Below, in pieces: positions 54,710 to 64,000 of a stretch of 64,000 bases of DNA. Position numbers and translations under genes: made by a program. Within the stretch, counting starts at the first letter, position 1, and each line of letters opens with the position of its first letter. The notes under the pieces are model-generated. The model did no database searches and was not told the DNA's origin. It was given only the letters and a program-made list of their open reading frames with translations. The DNA comes from the human T2T-CHM13v2.0 reference genome, Homo sapiens. The stretch is taken from assembly GCF_009914755.1 (NCBI RefSeq), contig NC_060929.1. The stretch is one strand, 5' to 3'.

Positions 54710-55490
54710 TGGCTACAATGCATTATAATATATTGAGAAAATAATCTACACTAATACCAAAAAACAAATGACAAAAGTATAATAAAGTTAGAAGAAATGA
54801 TAGTTATAAAACCATGATTTTGCAAAAATCATATTAAAAATTGACATGGATAAATATTGATGGATATAAAACCTAGGGGTTAAAGTTGGTTGGCAAATAA
54901 GAGATTTACATAAGTTCAAATTATTTTCCCATAGATTACTCACTAATTATGAAATGATTAAAAGGTACTTTTATAGCAATAAAATTTAGAAGAAACAGCC
55001 TTAACTAAGTGATCAAGATTAATATAACCATGCATGGAACAAACTGCCGTTAAGTGCCTCCTGATATCATACTCTGGGAAAGATACTATATCACATACGT
55101 AATATTTCTGCCAAAAACTCAAAAGCATAATTATAAAGAAACAACAGGAAAAACCCAAATTGAGAGAAATACTACAAAACATTGTGTCTGTACTCTTTTA
55201 ATACACCAAGGTCATAAAACACAAAGAAAAGGGAGGAAATGCTACATATCAAAGGAGAGAAAACATACAATATGACTAAATGTAAACTTCTGCATTGGAT
55301 CCTGGTTCAGAGGGCAACATTGCTATAAAGGACACTCGGAAGATAATTAGTGAAATAGGAATATAAACTATATTACATGACAGTGATATAGCTATGTTAC
55401 ATTTTAAAAATTTGAGGTGTGGTTATGAGAGAAGGTTTTAGGGATGGAGGGTCATGATTTCTACAATTTACTGTCAAATGTTTCAGCTCC
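54710..55490 (+). mobile_element. L1MC3/4-like 3'UTR, right part
   Basis: CCTTAACTAAGTGATCAAGATTAATAT, GTGCCTCCTGATA, AACCCAAATTGAG, TGGATCCTGG. Confidence 0.78.
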
Positions 55491-55559
55491 ATCCCTTCCC
55501 TAAAGAATAAGAATAACAGTAATATATTATATTATCATACTATTATGAATGTATGTCTT

Positions 55560-56600
55560 GACCATACATTCATATGGTAGTATTAAACTTTTAAAATATT
55601 TCCATTAAAAGCCTATTTTGGATTCAGTTTTGGGTTAATTTTGTAGTTTAAGGAACAAATCAAAAACTTTGTGATATTGCATTGTCTACTCAGGACCATA
55701 GGTCTTCTTTTCTGTACATCTTTTACCTTCTCCAATAAAGCTTTATAATTTTTTAAAATTATTCTTAGGTACATTATAAGTTATACTGTTTGTGTAGGTA
55801 GTACCTTCTTAAAAATTATCTAATTAGTTCTGACAATACATGAAAATGAAGATGATTTTTGTATATTCATCTTTTGAACTCTCTAAGTAATTCTAATAAC
55901 ATATCTGTGAATTTCCAGGATAATTCATGCAGACAAGCATATCATTCTGAAAATGCCAGGATTTTTTCTACCTTTGTTTTGTGATCTTATTGTATTCTTA
56001 ATCTTGGTTTTTATTAACTTATTCAGTTAATTAGGTATTATAGCTCACTGTTTAGACATAGACATGACAGATATCCTTTTTTCTGTTCTTAAATGAACAC
56101 TTTCAGTGTTCACTATTTAGTAGCATAGTTGCTGTAGGTTTGGGTCAATATCTTTTTGTGAACTTATTTGAAGCTCTCTTATTCTTAGTTTACTTAGAAT
56201 TCATTTTTATTGTTATGAATGGTTTTAAAATTTATCAATCTTTTTTTTTCCTTCTGTAAATACTGGAATGGTAGTATTGCATTATTCTTTCATCTGTTAA
56301 TGTGGTGAATTACCTTAATATTTGTTTCAAAATAATAAAATATATTTGGATGTTTGGAATAAATTCTTCTTAGTCTTGATGAATGTATTATATATTCTGA
56401 AATTATATTGAAAATATATCATTTAAGACTTTTGAATTCATAAATAAAATCAGCCAATGGTTTTACTGGCTTAAATTTTTCCTATCTTATTTATTAACAA
56501 TAGTATATTAGTCCATATTTTTTTTTCTATGTTGTGGATCTTTGATTTTTGAAGACTTAGTAGAACTCATTTGTAAAATTATATGGGCCTGTGGTAATTT
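55560..56600 (-). mobile_element. Ancient L1M ORF2 relic
   Basis: GATTTTTGTATATT, CATATCATTCTG, CTGTTAATGTGGTGAATTAC, TAGTAGAACTCATTTGTAAAA. Confidence 0.6.
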
Positions 56601-58100
56601 TTTTTTAAAGTTATTGTCATGCAAAGATTTAAAGTTTATAAAAGTTATTTGGAGTAGGAATTATATGGGGATTGCAGGTTTATTATTCTCATTTTTGCAG
56701 TTGAAGGAATTAAGGTATAAAAATTGGAAGACTTTTCTTATGTTTCTGTGACATTTACATAGAAAACTAGAAATAAAATCAGTCTTCTCACCAAACCAAC
56801 AACTTCTTGTTCTTCCTCCCCACAATCCCGAATCTGCGGAAGCACACCTGACTAAGTAGAAGCTAAAGCCATTGGTGTTGATGTTATTCTGTTTTCAAGG
56901 CCTGACATGAGTATTCTCTCATCACTGAGGCCACAGGAGACCAAAAGTGTCAGCAAGTGATGTCCTTTGGTAGGTATCTCCAAGAAGCATAATTTTGCAA
57001 ACATGTAAATGCAAAGAACATTTGAAACCTTCTGGAATGCCCAGTTAATCTTTGAATCACCATGCAGGGTTTCTACATTTTTTTCTCTAGGGAAAAGTAG
57101 TAATGTCCTAGAAGCCAGAGGGATTTTTATTCTTAAGTCTGTTGCTTTTCCAAGGTCTTCATTTGATTTTATAGTACTCTTGACAGGGACTATGAGGTGG
57201 TTGACTGTATTACAGGCAGACTTCAGAGTTTCACTCACTCCTGCCACTTGACAAAAACTCTCTTGAGAGCACAAATGCAAATGTTCTCACTTCAACAGGC
57301 AGAGTTTAATCTGCAGCTCTGGTGTGTGGATTCTCCATCATACAGCATGATTCACTAAATCCGTCTTTTGCTATGACTCTAGGGAAGCCATCACTTGTCA
57401 TTCTGCCCAGTAGAGCATGTTGTAGCACCTGCTTTATATTGTACCTTGCCACAAAGTATCCTCTCTGGTAGAACATCAAACAGTCAAGTATTCCCATTTA
57501 TCCAGTACTGGGGGTGGGGGGGCGTTCAGAGGGATTATACAGTGAATTGCGCCAAGCTTCAGCTGTGCCAGTAAGGTATTAACTGTGACTACTTTTCTCC
57601 TTTTCTTATCACTGAAGAAACAATAATAGAATGAAATATAATAAACAGACAATAAACTTTCCAATTTTAAATGACATTTTCATCCACTGAGAAAACTGAG
57701 TTAGGTAAGGTAAATCATAAGGTAAACTTTCACCTAAGAGACAACTTTGCACAAATAATTTTTTAATTCAATTATTTTTAAATTTTCATTTTATTTTAAA
57801 CTTCCAAAATTTTTGGACTTTATTTTTCCATTTTCTTTATTTTCAGAAACATAATCTGGCATTTTTTATAAAGCAAAAATATCTGAAATACCTAAGTTTT
57901 CATATATTTTCGACCATTTAATATTTGTGATAATGCTATGAAAAATGTATTACCATTTCTAATATATAAATTAAGAACTTTAAATTAGGAAAGTTTAAGT
58001 ATATGCCAAAGGTCATTACAAAGCTAGAGACCTGTCTTTAGTTTGTAGCAGAAACTGTTATCTATCTAAAATCAGTTCCCCACTACACATCATTTCTTTC

Positions 58101-58626
58101 TGGGAGTAGACTGCAGATGTACTCTTTTTGCTTCTTGTCCCCGGTGCTATTTACTATGTGCTAAGGGAAAGCAATCCTATATTCAGCTGATGGGTAATTT
58201 GAATTATCTACGTCTATCACAAGCAGTCAGCCCTCCTGCTCGTTTGTTTTAGTACTGGACATATGGCTGAAATATGGTCTATGCGATACTAAGAAAGATC
58301 TGCTAGGGAGGGATTCAGACAACTTTCCTTACTCTTATACAGGGAAACTCAAGGAAGAAGAGTACTCTTCTTTTCTGTTTATAAATAGTAGTCTCTGCAT
58401 GTGATAACTGCTGTGGAAGCCATTTTGTATCCTGGAGGAGAACCAGCTTGAGAATAAGACCAATTCTCTGAGAATGGCAGAGCCGAAGATATTAATTATT
58501 TATGCCTATGAGAGCATCATTAAGTTGCTGAATTGATGAATTTTGGGGATACTCCACTTTAGGCCTTCTTGCTTTTAGGAAAAATTTATTTAACTGTGTT
58601 GAAGCCCCCAGAGTCATCCTGACACA
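58101..58626 (+). mobile_element. MLT1J-like (MaLR) solo LTR
   Basis: AGCCATTTTG, CTGAGAATGGCAGAGC, GTTGCTGAAT, terminal CATCCTGACACA. Confidence 0.65.
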
Positions 58627-58701
58627 GAATTCAGAATGTCTAACTCAAAAGCCAGCAATTCTTCATAGAAATACCACAACAGGTAGCTTCCACAAGTAAC
58701 C

Positions 58702-59009
58702 TTTTCTTTTTTTTTTTTTTTTTTTTGAGATGGAGTCTCGCTGTGTCTCACAGGCTGGAGTGCAGTGGCGCAATCTCTGGCTCACTGCAAGCTCCGCCTG
58801 CCGGGTTCACGCCATTCTCCTGCCTCAGCCTCCAGAGTAGCTGGGATTACAGGCGCCTGCCACCACGCCCGGATAAATTTTTCGTATTTTTAGTAGAGAC
58901 AAGGTTTCACCATGTTAGCCAGGGTGGTCTCGATCTCCTGACCTCGTGATCTGCCCGCCTCGGCCTCCCAAAGTACTGGGATTACAGGCGTGAGCCACTG
59001 CACCCGGCC
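58702..59009 (-). mobile_element. AluY
   Basis: GCAAGCTCCGCC..TTCACGCCATTCTCC; TSD ACAAGTAACC at 58692-58701 and 59010-59019. Confidence 0.95.
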
Positions 59010-60523
59010 ACAAGTAACCATTTTTAACATAATAGTAATAGCTGTCAATTAGAATTAACATTATTTTTTAGAACAGAGTTTACTAATTCAACCTAAATGA
59101 GTGGTTTTTGGTTTTTTGGAAGCCCGAAAAACATTAAAGAATAAGAAAACTAACTTCTAGCAGGTAACTGCTCAGACCTTCTGGCTTTTACAGATCCTCT
59201 GGTTTTTCAACAGAAGCCTCTAAGTCTAGAATTTTTAAGGTACAGTCTTTTGAGTTTCAAATTTTGGCCACGAATTTATTTATTTTTAATTATTCAAGCC
59301 AATCAAAGAATAAGCATGAGCTATATTTGGTCATTTAGCTCTAATTCTGCAACCTCTACCTTTGAAGATTATAGCTCTCATTATATCTATAATTTCATTG
59401 TATAATATATGAAATAAAGTGTATGCTTTTTACACTAGCCTTCAAACAAAGATAAACCCACCAGTGCTGAAAATGTTTCTTTATCACTACTTGAACTCCA
59501 GCAGAAACTGCACATATTGGATCCAGGGCAAGTTGCATGATTTGTACCCAAGAGGGTGTTTTGTCTTGAAAAATTACTGCATCTTCAGAAATTTCAAGTT
59601 TGGATTTTCAAGAAAAATAGTGTTTTCTGTAAAAAGTTTGCTTCGATGACTCCAAAATGCTCCAAAGAATTTTTTCAAGTTGTAGGACTAGATAGCTTAT
59701 CATAAGATTTTGAAATTCACCTAATGCCAGAGTGAAATGTCACAGGCTTACTGAAGTCTTAAGGGATAGGCAGAGCTTAAGAATAAATGAACTCAGGAAA
59801 TGCTTCAGAATTTTATGATTTTAATTTGATATATCTTAGCCTGGAAGTATCCTACTGTGAGAAATGATTTTCTCTCTCTCTTGTTTTTTCTTTTACTTTT
59901 TACCTGTATTTTTGCCAATTATTAAAATAATGCATGACTGTTCCAGAACACTTGAAAAGTAGAAGAAAAAAACATAAACGATTAGAATGTAAATTAATAA
60001 AATTCCTACCACTCAGAGAAAACTGTGAATACTTTGGCATAATTTCCCTCAATGTACTTATTTTTCTACATTTTTATCTTACCTGTTTGGAATCATATAA
60101 TCATTTCTGTATCCTGTTTTCCCATTTTAACATAATTGAACCTAGATTGTAGGTCTGAATCTTGAAACTAGCCTAATCTTTAATTATTTTTAGGTAACAA
60201 TTCATTTATTTCCTCTCTGTCTAGAAGCCTTAGAATATTGTAAATTTACATTTGCAATTCAAAAGTTGTGCTAGAATATACCTTATGCTAACTTTGCCTG
60301 GAACTCAGTAAATGCATTTGATTTATAAAAATAATTATCTTCATCACTTCATGACATTTCTTTTAAATACTTTGCTTCTATCTCTATTGTTTTGGGTGCC
60401 CTTGGAAATCAGATTCTTAAGTTAAATCTCAGTTGTCTTTTCTCCTAGAGTTTTTGTTCTTTTTAATATTTTAGGGTTTTTATTTGCCATTTGAGACATC
60501 TTCAAGTGTTTTGTTGAAAATAT

Positions 60524-63374
<2,851 letters not shown>

Positions 63375-64000
63375 GAAAATATTGAAACTCTTGGTTCTTT
63401 CCCATTTAATATATTTTATAGGCCCAGTTTTATCTCTTTTTATGGTTTATATATCATCATGAAGAAATATTACTTGGAGTAGTGTTTTCTAAAAGGCAAA
63501 GTGAAGAGTTTGTCCTTAGGCCCCTCACAGTCCCTATTACCAGCAAGAACAACCTTTGGGCACATGCCTGCTTCTAGTTTTCACCCTGCCCGCTTATCCA
63601 CTTAGGATATTCTCAGGCAAGTAAGAGTTGTTGCGTGCAATGCAAAACTTTCCGTCTTTGGCCTCTTCTTGCCATGTTACAGGCTGGAAGTTACCATACC
63701 TAAATGACACATTGGACGTTTCAGTACTTAGATTTACAGTTGATCATAGCAAGTTGATTGTATGCATTTCTCTTCATGCTCACATGAACAATTAAAACAA
63801 AATGAATAAATGAGAAAAGTTAAAGACAGAAAAAATATTATATTCAAGAAGTACTAAGAGACAGTAGTGGATAAGAAATACCAACCAGTTTTGGAAAGCT
63901 GAAAGACAGAAAGTAGAGTAGTAATGAGACTGGCAGAGGAGGCTAAAGTCTAAATACTCCCAGAAAGGGATGATAATAAAATTAAGTCTATGCATTAGAG

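Noticed and set aside
56852-57280. 142-aa minus-strand ORF
   Set aside because: Non-ATG start, no domain or codon signal; length is attainable by chance.

Overview
AT-rich primate (human-like) nuclear DNA, apparently intergenic or deep intronic. It has no CpG island and no host protein-coding exon I can recognise. Much of it is interspersed repeat: eight dimeric Alus (J, S and Y types) plus a FLAM monomer, L1 copies from ancient L1ME/L1MC/L1MA to young L1PA3-like, L2 and MIR relics, solo LTRs (MER66, MLT1, LTR16, MER110-like, MER54/73/74-like), hAT MITEs (MER1B, MER5A) and microsatellites. The only protein-like ORFs in the track are broken L1 ORF2 remnants; the rest are antisense-repeat or random ORFs. 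I found no new biological system. The most notable structures are: (i) a 175-bp perfectly identical tract with a shared non-consensus base between two otherwise ~5% divergent, inverted L1PA3-like copies 56 kb apart (candidate gene conversion); (ii) a ~105-bp copy of the 19.84-19.97 kb segment lodged inside an (AT)n array at 22.4 kb; (iii) a twin-primed, 5'-inverted L1 with a 9-bp TSD; (iv) a multi-level nested L1 stack at 49.7-56.6 kb; (v) speculative plus-strand TATA/first-exon and internal-exon candidates. Subfamily names come from recalled consensus motifs, not from a database search. Boundaries of old repeats are approximate.
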